Part shown: positions 37,521 through 50,200 of the stretch, piece by piece
Position numbering within the stretch: position 1 is the first letter of the stretch
Layout of the letters: each line of letters starts with the position of its first letter
The notes under the pieces: generated by a model
The model's input: only the letters and a program-made list of their open reading frames with translations
Databases searched by the model: none
What the model was told of the DNA's origin: nothing
Position numbers and translations under genes: made by a program
Virus record (IMG/VR): IMGVR_UViG_3300024520_000047
Span: 62,001-126,000 of that record
Strand: one strand, 5' to 3'
Length of the DNA: 64,000 bases

Positions 37521-40500
37521 TTAATATACTATTACTGAGTCACCATCATTATCATCAACTTCTGCTAAATAAAAAATATCTGGTTTAATTTCAAATGAAT
37601 ACGTTGGTGATATTTTAGAATTAAACATACTTGCTCTCTTCATCACTAACGGGTAATCATTAATTATTTCAACATTATAGGTGTAAGTTCCTGGTTCTGG
37701 GACTACTACCTTACATTCTACAGTCCCCAATCCTGTGACTGGGAATCCATACGCGTTAGTTCCAGTTTTTAAACTACCGTCTTCTTCTACTATTCTAGTA
37801 ACTGGATATTCTTTCTTTTGTACTACATTACCATCTGAATCATAAACAGTAAAAATAGCGTTACTAGAATATATAAATGACATATTATTCACTTCTACCA
37901 TAATAATTGGGTTTTTAGTAAATGCAATTCCTGTTAATGTGACATCGGTGAAATAAAATGTGGTAAGTACATCATTCACATCTAAGCCACCCGGATAAGT
38001 AATATTTAAAAGTTGTAGAGTATTGTTATTTAATCTCTTAAAATCCCCACCTTCTTGTAATACAACACCGTTTAAAGCTACACCTATGGCACCTCTAGGT
38101 ATTGGATATAATTGAACATAATAGTTTAATCCGTTAGTGTAAATGGTATTTACGGTATCATAAGTTCCTGTTACGACAGGGACTGTTGCTGGAACTAAAA
38201 TTCTATTAATCTCATATGATTGTGGTGTATTAGCTACACCATAAATAAATTGTAATACATCATCTTCAGATAGAACATTTGCTGGGAATGTAAAAACATC
38301 ACCGTCTCTAAAATAATCAGCGTCACCAACAAAGGTACCTGGAAATAATGTAAGTCCGTTTAATGTTACCTGAACTTGTCCTTGTGCTGGTAATTCTAGT
38401 ACAATAGTAAAAGGCTTATCTGCCATTAAAAATGGAACTATAGTATCACCAGTAGTGGTCCCTGAAGCAGATTTTACAATAGCTTGTTGTATGTTCAAAC
38501 TAGAACACGCAAGGGGGTTACCATAATCGAAAGAATTGGTTAATAAATTTATCTCGGGTTCTGGAGGTAAAACATTAAATATAAAATCGGTCTCTTCATT
38601 ATAAATTCCCAAAACATTGTTGGGGTCATCACTACTTACAAACGAAGTGTCCCACCAAGTATTATATTTATCTTCTGGTGGACAATCTGTAGGGGGTATA
38701 ATTAAATTTCCTGTCCCTACTTCTAAATTCTGTATTTTAGATTTACTTATATAATTTGTTTTTATTAGGTATTGATAAACCTCATCTGCGGGTTCAAAAT
38801 CAATAATGTCTGTAAACGATAATGCTTCACCATTAACTTCCCAATCCTCTCTAAGAGAATAACTATCAATCATACCACTATCTATTATTCTCCCCGTTAT
38901 TGGGTTAATGTCAAATTTATTATCAATATAATTAAATGGATGAATCGTATAATAAGCTTTTACATCCTCATTTAACATATTAGTTATATTCTTATACCAT
39001 TTAAAAGATAATGTTATGGGTGTGTCATCCCCCTCTATATTTTGAAATATAGATGGGTCATAGATAACATATTTATCTACACTATCAGTTATTTTACCAC
39101 CACCTTTAGTCATTTCTACAGTAGGGTCTATTATAGTTTCCATAGTTGCTTTAACACCAGGATTAACCCACGGCACTGTTGGTTTTCCTATTCTACCACC
39201 CCCACCTAATGATTTAGTGTAATCGTTTGTGATATTTTTGGACATATCAATACCAAAAAAATTAGAATTATACAACGGAAATAATCTTGTTGCACTAGAA
39301 CCGTATCCACTACCAACAGTATAATCCCCACATTGTGTACCACTCAAAGCAATATGATAAAATCGTGTTGCGGGTTGTGAACTTTGTAGGTACCCTACAC
39401 TTTGAGCCCCTAAAAATCTCACTAAATCAAAATTGTCAGCATATGCGGGGGCACCACTTGTTTCACCAGTCCATGTAGTTTTATTTAATAAATTAAGATT
39501 CCATTCATAAGCTGGGTTGTATGCGTTTGGGGTACCTACATCGGCAAGAACCATAACGTCAGTCATCTGAATTCTGAAAATTTCACCTAGGGTACCACTC
39601 CTTTCAATTTTAACTCTAGTAGTTCCTTGGGAACCGTAAGTTCCCACACTAAAAGGGGAATTAGTTATTGGCCGTGAACCCACCAGTGATGATTCCGTAA
39701 GTAATGCGTCAGTACATGGTGAAGAAAAATCACCACAATATCTTACCTCCTCAATACCACTACTAAACCCATGCCTACTATCACCAGTATTAATTCGTAT
39801 GGAAACGTTTGCAGCTACCCCACCTTGAGTATTGTAATATAATGTTAACGTATGTGTGTGATTAACTTCACCGTATAAACCTAACTCATCCCTAAATCCA
39901 GCTAAAACTATACCAATATTATCGTTATCGGTACCGGTCGCACCCATAGTAACTTCATGCGTATAGTTACAATATTTACAATCACTCATTACATTTATAG
40001 GTATATTATTATTACCCGTTAACTGAAAAACATCACTCGCTACCCCATTCCACGCAATTACATCATTAGTGCCACCCGTAACAGTATAATCCTTTTGTGC
40101 ATCACCTAATGCGGCTGATGTGGTATATCTAGTAGCCGCGGTTAAAAGCTGTGACGCTACTGGATTGCCATCTATACCATAATCTTGTGTGGGATTAAAT
40201 GTTACCCAACTATTAGATATTCCATCGGCTAACCAATTATATAAAAATTTATTTATAGTTGTATTATAATAAAATTTTCCAATATCCGATAAAGCAGCTA
40301 AACCTCCAGGCCCTACATTAGCGCCTTCTGTCATGGGTGTAGATAAAGTACCTAAATACCAATCAGTATTACCATCAGTTCGTCTAGTAGCTGTCGTTCC
40401 AGTATAAAACCAAGCGTCGGGATTATCTACCTCAATGGAACCGTCTTTTTTATAACCACTATCATATCTAATTGTAAAACCAAAACCACTATAGAAATTT

Positions 40501-41192
40501 GGTCCGTATGCTACTGGAAATACAAATGTTGGATGGCTGTATTTGATTACCTTATCCCAACCAGTTAATATATCTGATGGTGTGAGTCCCGTGAATACTA
40601 CACCGGTACCACCAAAAATACTACTATTTAAAAAATAATCATCACTACATGTTCCATTAGAATTTAAATAGGTTGTGTCTACCTCTATCCCATCATACGC
40701 AGTTAAAGTGTAATTACCTGCGGGTAAATTTGAAAATGTGTGTTCTTCATTGCCGGTTAATCCAACATATGTTTTGTATGGAACACCATCCTGATAGAGA
40801 ATATATGTAAACTCTCCTTGGTCGTGTTCAAATGAATGTACCTTAATTGTACAAAAATCATTAATATTTGTTGTGCATCCAGAATTTGTGGTGGTAGCGG
40901 AAAGTGCGGGTTCTGGTTGTGTTTCTATTACAATAAAACTGGTATTAGCACTGAATATAGAATCGGTAACTGTGCCCGAATAAGTTCCTGCACATAAATC
41001 ATATATATTTAAAGTAGTTGCGGTATACCCACTGGGGCCCGCCCAATTTATATTATATGGAGAAGTGCCACCATCTAACGTTACCTCATCAATAAATCCA
41101 GTGCAACTATTAGATGTAATATTTTCTATAATATTTTGTTTATTATATGACCTAATATATGGTCCATCTGATATGTAATTAGAAATAGACAT
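37521..41192 (-). CDS. Large virion adhesin-like protein with SprB-like repeats and a lectin-like region
   Basis: GGTSPYNINWAGPSGYTATTLNIYDLCAGTYSGTVTD and FSNLPAGNYTLTAYD; a DNDNIGIVLAGF jelly-roll segment; two VxLNGxxL..G.DY-type repeats. Confidence 0.6.
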   Translation of the reverse strand: MSISNYISDGPYIRSYNKQNIIENITSNSCTGFIDEVTLDGGTSPYNINWAGPSGYTATTLNIYDLCAGTYSGTVTDSIFSANTSFIVIETQPEPALSATTTNSGCTTNINDFCTIKVHSFEHDQGEFTYILYQDGVPYKTYVGLTGNEEHTFSNLPAGNYTLTAYDGIEVDTTYLNSNGTCSDDYFLNSSIFGGTGVVFTGLTPSDILTGWDKVIKYSHPTFVFPVAYGPNFYSGFGFTIRYDSGYKKDGSIEVDNPDAWFYTGTTATRRTDGNTDWYLGTLSTPMTEGANVGPGGLAALSDIGKFYYNTTINKFLYNWLADGISNSWVTFNPTQDYGIDGNPVASQLLTAATRYTTSAALGDAQKDYTVTGGTNDVIAWNGVASDVFQLTGNNNIPINVMSDCKYCNYTHEVTMGATGTDNDNIGIVLAGFRDELGLYGEVNHTHTLTLYYNTQGGVAANVSIRINTGDSRHGFSSGIEEVRYCGDFSSPCTDALLTESSLVGSRPITNSPFSVGTYGSQGTTRVKIERSGTLGEIFRIQMTDVMVLADVGTPNAYNPAYEWNLNLLNKTTWTGETSGAPAYADNFDLVRFLGAQSVGYLQSSQPATRFYHIALSGTQCGDYTVGSGYGSSATRLFPLYNSNFFGIDMSKNITNDYTKSLGGGGRIGKPTVPWVNPGVKATMETIIDPTVEMTKGGGKITDSVDKYVIYDPSIFQNIEGDDTPITLSFKWYKNITNMLNEDVKAYYTIHPFNYIDNKFDINPITGRIIDSGMIDSYSLREDWEVNGEALSFTDIIDFEPADEVYQYLIKTNYISKSKIQNLEVGTGNLIIPPTDCPPEDKYNTWWDTSFVSSDDPNNVLGIYNEETDFIFNVLPPEPEINLLTNSFDYGNPLACSSLNIQQAIVKSASGTTTGDTIVPFLMADKPFTIVLELPAQGQVQVTLNGLTLFPGTFVGDADYFRDGDVFTFPANVLSEDDVLQFIYGVANTPQSYEINRILVPATVPVVTGTYDTVNTIYTNGLNYYVQLYPIPRGAIGVALNGVVLQEGGDFKRLNNNTLQLLNITYPGGLDVNDVLTTFYFTDVTLTGIAFTKNPIIMVEVNNMSFIYSSNAIFTVYDSDGNVVQKKEYPVTRIVEEDGSLKTGTNAYGFPVTGLGTVECKVVVPEPGTYTYNVEIINDYPLVMKRASMFNSKISPTYSFEIKPDIFYLAEVDDNDGDSVIVY

Positions 41193-41210
41193 TATTTATT
41201 ATATTTCATA

Positions 41211-44200
41211 TTAAGAATATTGGCTTCCTCCACCATAAGTTTTATTATTTTTACTGGTACCCAATACGACACCTCTAACATCATTTTGTGATACTTTATT
41301 ACCATATTTACTACCATCCCTACCTAACATTTTAATCCATTGACTTTGTGTTTTTTCTCCACAAGGATAATATTCTGGTGTCGTCTCCGTTGCACAACAC
41401 CATACTTGTGCTCCCAAATCATCTTGTGGTGGTACTTCAACAAAAGTATCTGTTCCACATTTATAATATGCCTTTCTACCATAAGTTAATGATGGTTTGG
41501 TTATATTATAATATGACGATTCCGTATTAATAACTTCATCATTAATTATAAGTTGTCCCGCTACAGTGTCAATATTTACATCTTCAATATTGCTAGGTGT
41601 AACTGAACTACCCAATGAATTAAGAATGCTGGTACTCAACGGTATAGTATTTAATTTATTGGTGTTTTGTGTCGCTGTAGGTAATATAGGTGATATTATT
41701 GGAAACACTCGACTAGTCCCTTTAACTCTAACTTTAGTATCTAATACATACATATACTCAGGATTAGATAACATTGGAGTTGATGTATCTTTAGATACTG
41801 GCAAATTAAGTTGTACCGTCATATTATTAAAGGTTATCATTTTATTTGCATTAATTTTTAAATTACTGGATTCACCACTTTCTATTTTTTTAACCCAATT
41901 ATTAGTTTTTTTAGAAGACTCAACTAAGGTGGTATTATCAATTAAAGTTTCTGACTTATTTGCTAAATCTACATATGAAAAAGATAATAAATTACTTAGG
42001 GTAATTGGTTCCGTCCTATAGTCTGTACTGATATCAGCAGTAGTGGTTTGTGTGGTGTATAAGGCACCCATCTCATTATTGGTATCTACTGGTTGTAATT
42101 GTCCATTAGTGTATAACGGTGTTATTTGTTTTGTAATGTCATTAGAATCCCAATATAATTTAATATCATTCACCAACGCTGATTGACAACTTTCTTCCGT
42201 AATAAGAAAATATGGGTATTCAGGATTACTACTATCTACTATGTTGGTACCTACGCGTACAGTCATTGTGGTTGCTGTTGTTGCGGTACTAGTCCATTTT
42301 GGGGTCGTTAATGATTCAATTTGTGCAGATGCAAATAACCTTTCACCTTCATTTAAAGTTATAGTTCCCGTATCTAAACTTGCAATAATATTTTTCTCTA
42401 TAAGAATTTCATCTGGTAAATTTGTAGTTATTGAGTTATAGTCGTAGGTATTTCTGTTTTCTTCTGTTTTATTAACTGGTATTGTAAGGAAAGTGTCCGC
42501 GTTTGAATTATCTGTCTCATTAGCTCCAACGGTATAACTAGCTAATGTAGTAGTCGCTGAAGTAACACCAGATAAGGATTTTTGTATAGTTAATCTAACT
42601 TGGAAATCTAAAATACCTGAATCCGCATTAAGTCCATCTACTGGAAAATATGTATTACTTTTGGTTCTACTGTTAACAAATGTTCCTTCTGTATTTCTAG
42701 TGGGTCTGAGTATATTACTCTTCCCATTAATAATAGCTGAGTTTAATAATGAATAATATTCATAATCATTACTTGGTACATTACCCTTATCTTTTGTGTA
42801 TGTTTTATATCTATCCAAATAATTCCACCATGTGGGGTCTTGATATTGGATATTAATTGTTGTTGTAAGTCTTGCCCTTAAACATATATCTTTAGTAGCT
42901 TGATAATATGAATATTGTGTTGGTGTTCTCTCCACATAATAAGGTCCACAATTAGTCCATAAAGCATTGGTTGGAACAAAGGGTATAAATCCTTTTGGGT
43001 TATTTATAAATTTAAATGGTTGTGATAATATTCTATCTGAATAAAATAATCGTGTATTTAAATTTATATCGTCTCCCACCATACATATGTCATGTACTTG
43101 GTCAGATGAAACTCTGGTTTGTGAAGTATCTGTATAAGCACTAAGATTTGTATAAGCTGAATACACTATACTTGTAAATGCACTCAATGTACTCCCTGTT
43201 TGTGTTTCCAAATAATCTCCCCAAGAACCTTGTGTGGTTAAGATAATGGAATTATTACCTGTGGGTATTGGTGCTTCACCAGATATGTTTTGTGAATTTG
43301 TAGCACTTCTTCTTAACTGAGTAGTTAAAGTAAAACCTTCAAACTCACCATCACTATTATAATTTATAGTCTTGGGATTAAATACTCCATTGGTGAGTCC
43401 TACACATCTGGTGGCCCACTCTTCATAATTACTATAAGTTCTGGTAGATGTACCTACTTTTTCTGTACCACCCGCTATTGATTTTTTTCTTAGACTAACA
43501 CCAAATTGTTTTAAATCACTAGGTGTTGTAAAACTAACCACCGTATTTCTATTTCTTTGGGTTTCTATAGTGTCTAACCATCCACCCAAATAAGTAACTT
43601 CTTTGCCGTCTTCAGTTTTAAAAACCTCAGATGTTGGTCCTGTAGTGGTACCTACTAATGTGGGACTGTTATACGGTTGTGGTGCACTAGATGTAAATGG
43701 GTCGAGTGTTGGTATTAAATAAACCTGACTATCTACAATTTCATAATCATTTACATTTAATTCTGTTTGATTTTTTAATAATTCTTTTGATATGTCTACT
43801 TCCAGTCTATTTCCAGTTACATTCCCTTTTGCAAAATCTACAACAGTACTTTTAATTACCCCAGTTTGATGTCTAGCAGCTGCACCTAAATTTGTTGGAC
43901 ATGAATTAGTTACTGGTACAGTTGTAAATATCTGGCTATTATCTACACCAGTATTCTGAAATTGTAAATAAGTACACTCATGTGTTCCACACACTACTTG
44001 TAATTGCATATTATAACTCCCAACTCTATCGTCACTTATAAAATTATAGTTAGGTGTATCTACAATCCAATCCATTTCTTGAAAAACTAAAGCTCCATTA
44101 ACACCAAACTGGCCTTGTGGGGGGATGATGAAATATCTATCACGTATGACGGGTGTGGTTTCTATAGCATTAGTACCGGTTCCATTATCCGTTAAATAAG

Positions 44201-47200
44201 TGCTATTACTTAGTTTTTCAAGATAAAATTTATTTCTATCTGAGGACATACTTTGAATTTGAAAACTTAGTGTGGTTGTTTCTTCAAACAAAGTTTTTAG
44301 TGTTGTTGAAAAACCGGCATAAGAGGTGTCAGATGTATCTATGATTGTATTTGTTTGGACATCTGGTATGTGAAGAAAATACCTTACTGCTGGATTATTG
44401 GTGGGGTCGGATATATCTCTATATTCCCATCTATAAAATTCTATTTGTGTACTATCAGTAATATTTAACTCATATTTTACCCTTCCTTCAAATATAAATA
44501 ATTTATTTTGTTGGCGATATCTATCAAAATATATAACCATCTCATCTGCCAAACAACAAGGGTTTAATATTGCTTTAGACCACTCAAGAGACTTTGCTTC
44601 ATTAGTTATGGCCCAAAATGTATCATCGGTACCTGTAGTCCACCAATTAGGTGGTGAGGTTTGTCCCGCATCTTCATTCATTTTGAAACCTTGTATATGT
44701 GCAGGAACATCATTAACACTAATTAAATAAAAATCTAACTCTACATTTTGTAATATAGAATTGCCTTCACCACTATAATCTGTTTCTTGGCATTCACAAA
44801 CCGCAACGGGGTCTTCACCCGGTGAAGGGGAATCTGGATTACATGCGTCTTCAGTGTCGTTGGTTACTACTACTATTTCTTCCGCCACACATTCCACCCA
44901 ACATTTTGAGTGTCCACCATCACATAAACTTAATGGAAATTGTGTGGTACCACAGTTATTAATGTTTGTCATTGTAAACGCATGACCCGCTAATAATGTA
45001 TTTTCTGGACAACATACCGTATCCCCTTCTTGATAGAAAATGCCAGCGTTCTCTCTACTCCAAACATTATTCCCAGTGCACGCACATGGGTCAACCATTT
45101 CCTCACAAATTTTGTATGTGGACTCAAAACAGTCTTGCCCTCCTACATTAAAAATACCATCTTTAAATGTTACTGGGTCTACAGTATAGGTAAATCCTGT
45201 AGGTATTGGGTTTTCTGGTATAACTATTTCCTGATATGGGTCACAATTATCACCTTCTGTAAAATTATTTCCACCTAAGAATGGTATACCACCGGGTTCA
45301 ATATCTACTGGTTGCCACCCACATGGTGGAGGCCAACAAGGTGGACCTGCAGGTGGTCCGGGTGGACCCCCCGGAGTAGGACCAGTAGTGGATGGTGGAG
45401 TTTCTTCTGGGTCTGGGTTGTAATTATCAGGATTACCATCAGTACCACTTTCACCACTAACCCATTCATAGAAATTACCATTTTGAACTATTATATCTCC
45501 AAACTCATACGTATCATTTATGTTCCATAGTGGTGCTGTAAATTCTTCATTTCCACAAACTCTTATACAAATATCACAGTTTACTAATGAAAGTGTACTG
45601 TTACCTTCTAAGAAAATAGCTAAGTCTTGTTGGAATTGTTGTTCAAAAAATAAAGCTGTGTCGGTACATACATTACGTGCCTGTGCAGTACACGTATTAC
45701 AAATATTAGTAACACAATTTGGGGTGCCATTACATCTATGACATCTTTGGTTTATACATGGATTAGGTGAAAAATTTGTGGGACAATCAGGACTAAAACA
45801 ATTTGGGTCGGTACAGTCCCCACACAGTGTTGTACATCCAGATACACCTAAATCATATTTTGCTCCCCATCCAAAATTATTAAGTCCAGAACCGACATAA
45901 CCACTCATTGTATTTGTAGCGGTTAATGCGGTATATGGGTTATGTAAGGTTATTGCTGTTAACGTTCCGCCAACTGTTGTTACAGTGGGATTTTCAATTA
46001 ATTGTGATGGGTCTACAGTCCCAGAAAACATTGCACCATAAACATGTAATGGAAACATCATTGTCTCATTCTGGTCTTGGTGTACAATGGGATACATAAA
46101 CGAATTAAATGTTGTGTATGATGCATGTGCAGAAGTAAAAGCACTGAAATCCTCAGAATATGGTGGAGTGGGTTGTATTACTGCGGTTGTTGTATTAATA
46201 AGTGGTGAGTTCCAATCATCCATTGGATTGTAAGGTAACCCTTGGGCGAGCTCCCACGCGGGTGGTGACCCCGTTTTGTCATTTGCCTCACATTGTGCCC
46301 CCGGGTCGAATGTCCCACCCCTACTTCCGTGGTAAGCGTTAACCACAGCCCCCGAAGATTCAACAACAAATGTAAACATTAAAACATTGGTAGATAAATT
46401 AGGTGGAAATGTATAAAATCCACCACTAACACCGGTCCCACCAACACAACTACCAACACTTGTTCCAGTATATGTGGTACCACTTGGTAAATTAGAAAAA
46501 TTATTTTGGGAGCCATATAATGTATTTTGCCAATTACAACATGTCGGAGTGTCAAAGGTCCCACCTGATATCGGAATAGTTGCCCATCTCAACCACCTTT
46601 CATCAGCTAAGGGTATGTGGTAAACATTACCTGTAAAACCAGATAAAGAAGTTGCCCAAGTGTTTATGCTATCTCTGGTTGCTAGAGCTGTATCAAATGG
46701 GTTTGATGATGTATCATAAAAAGCGTATATATCTGTATCTAGAGGAACTGGGGTTACTTGTACATTTGTTACATTTAAACAAATTTCTGACGTAAAATAA
46801 TGTGGGTCAACACCGTTATCTGAATTCCACGCGTCATTTCCAGCTGGATACGTAACACATTCTGTTGGTACAGTACGAATACACGAATCGGTACATAAAT
46901 CGTAGGTGTATCCAGAGGGGCATGTGTTGGTTTCGGTATTAAATATACCACCTACCTCATCTAAACTAGAAAAGATGGTGTTGGCTGTATATGCACTCAC
47001 CCCTGCGGGCGTAGCAAATATATCAAAATCTGTGTTTACAGTAAAAGTACCTACAGGGAATGGTCCAACTATTTCACAACCAAAAGACGCTGGACCAAAT
47101 GCTGTCGCGTTTGCACCTTCTAATAAGAGTGTATTACTTCCAGCATTTAAGGTAACGGGCCAAACCCACCAATAATTAAAATTTTGAAGAGCCCCAGCTG

Positions 47201-50200
47201 TACCATCCCAAGGATTTTCAACTATCTGTGTACCATTTAATGTAGCTCTTATTTGGTTATCCCCCGCCATTCCAAAAAGATATTCCCCATCAGCTGGTGC
47301 AGTTACACATCTTGAAAACCCAAAGAATTGAGTGGTACTAGTCATTGTTGCATTATTAACTCCGACTTGATTTAGTCTACCTTGGGTGGTTGTTCCAGCG
47401 GCGTCCCAAAACGGATTAGCCACCGTACCAATTACATTAAAATTAGCAGCTGTAGCACCACTTCCACATGTTGTGTAAGTACCCGGTATACAAAAGCGGG
47501 CACCAAATTGGCCATAACTACTAACCCCATCTGCCTTTACAATAGTCTCCCCTGTGGTTACAGTACTTGCGGTGTAGGTGACGCATGACTCACTTACTTC
47601 ATCATACGTATATCCCTCTGGACAATCACATATCTCTTCTCCCGTACCACACGGACCTTGCACAATTATACAATTTGGGTCTGTTAAGTTGGGTATATTT
47701 GGGTCTGTAATATCATTTATTAAATAATAACTTAATAGGTGATTTGGGTCCATTACATCTTGGGTAATACCACTTAGGATAGAGGTCATATCACCTAACC
47801 AGTCTGAGGTGTCTGGTATATCATATATTGTAGTACTACTATAATATATGTCGCCCATATATTCAGTACCACCTAAAGTTATTTTATTTTGCCATGTTGC
47901 ACCACTAAATAAAAGTCCACCACAAGTATTTGCCGCTTCTACTAATATATCATTAAATATGGGCTCACAACATGTTACAAATGAACCAAAACATTCTGTA
48001 TCATCACATAACGGTTCGTGTTTATAGACAAATTTATCTCTATGGAAAATAGAATTTTCATACTTAATACCACCCGTCCAAATAGTAGTTGCTGGAATAA
48101 ATTGTTCCACTAATCTAATCCAATAATCTCCAAGATTTTCTACATACGCAATCATTTTTTCGTATGTGTACTTATTGCTAGGAACACCACATACATTTTC
48201 ACTATCTAAATAATTTAAGTATATATTCAATAATGTGGGGTATCCACCACCATGTCCGTCATCTATAGTTAATCTATTTTTAACATTTATTAAAACTCTC
48301 CAAAATTTTTCAGCAAATTCAAAGAAAGATAATTTAGACGCATCTACAACAATTTCTGTCCAATCTGGACCACCTATGCCGGGATACGGGGATGATAATG
48401 CTGTAGGACCAAATGGACAACCATACCTTTTAGATAGATTCCACACATCCCACTCTAAGCCTTGACCAACATTAAGATATAATTCAACATTTTTAACATT
48501 TAATACAAGTTTATCTGTATTGGTGTAATAATAAGTTCCTCTATCTCTTAAATTATATTGTCTTAAATTGTAAGTGTCTTTTTTTACCCATGATTTTTTA
48601 TTGTCTGGCGTTCTAACAATTGGAAATCCTAAATTCATATCGGGAAATTTCCTATATAAATCCAAATATGGTTCTCCGTAAGTAAATTTATTTAATTTAG
48701 TTTTTAAAACAGGCGTATTTCCAGTAAACACGGAAGTGGCGGTATCAACAACCCTTTTACCCCTATGTTCAGTAGTCTCTTCAAACCACCCTTCTCCAGC
48801 TTGAAAATAAGCATCTGGACCATATCTTGGTTTTGTAGGAAACCCTCTTTCATCCACAGGATAAGCATACCTACCAACCTTAGTTTCTTTAACGACTGTT
48901 TCGTACCCGTATGTAAATCCAGTAATGGTAATGGGTGGGAATGTACCCGATAATTCAGTGAAATATGAATCTCTAACTGGTACTTCTTCAGTGTAGGTTC
49001 CATCAGAAATATACGCTATTCGTTCATTAAACTGTTTCATGTTAATTGGTGCTCCCGCCACATAAACATGTTCATTAAATTCAATTAGAGCTTCAGGTGC
49101 ACCAATAAATCTAAGCATAAACTCAATGCTTTTTCTGGTACCCTTAGATTTAAATAAATAAGCGGTATTAACTAATAGTCGTCTATATAATTCTGTATCT
49201 AATTCAGCTGGTGTGGGATTAGTAACTTGCCCTTCATATAACGTATCTGGATTTCTAGAAAAAATAGAATCTAAAAATCCCTTGTTTTCAATTGCTGACG
49301 GTGTTTTCCAACCTAGAGTTCTTGCAAAGTTTTTAAGTAAGGTATTGGGCATATTATCTACACCATCATAAGTTACATTGGTCATGTAAACTAATCCGTC
49401 TATATATTTCTTTATTACATCAAAACTTCTACCATATATCTTCAATACCTTATCTACTTTTTCATCTATAGTATCAAACTCCTTAAATGCTGCAGTAGTT
49501 AAAAATCTAGAAATTAAATTCGTTTTATATGAATCAAATGAATCACCAATATCATATAAATCTTCCAAATATTTTTCAAATGGGAAACCATTTATCCTAA
49601 TATTCCAAAAATCTGTAGTAGGCCAAGTAATTGACTTAGTAGCTTGTATTATTTTTCCACTATCTGTTTCGGTAGGTTGTTGGAATTTAGCGGTGTACTT
49701 GGGTGTACTTTTTCTTTCCACCAAAAATTTCTCCATGTCATTCAACTGGTCAAATGCCTTTTCTGTTTCTGTAGTGGTGGGTTTAATATAAAAGGAATCT
49801 ATTGTGGTAACGGAATTACCAAATGGTTTTCCGTCAACAGCTATAGTTAAAAACCCATTTGTTGTATTTCCTGATGTGGGTTTTAAATATTGTAAGGGAT
49901 ATTCTTTATCGTTATAAAATAACGCATATTTCTTAAAAGATAAAACTAAATTTCTAAGTTCAATACTATCACTAGAAGTTAGTGTATCTTTAGCTTGTTT
50001 GGTATAATCAATACTAAAAGGATTATATATCGTATATAGATTTAAATCTATGAATGTTTGATTGTCACTGGGTTCATATGTGATATTAACTGCGGTGTCT
50101 CCAGTATTATAGTCTGACCATGTTCTTACATTATTAAATAAGATGGCGGCAGGAAATTTCTTAATTACATTTTGGACTGCAACTTTAATTCGTTCTCTTA

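Noticed and set aside
32571-46739. Intein or diversity-generating retroelement as the source of the duplicated domain
   Set aside because: There are no intein splice-junction or LAGLIDADG motifs, no reverse transcriptase in the window, and no near-identical DNA repeat pair differing only at adenines.
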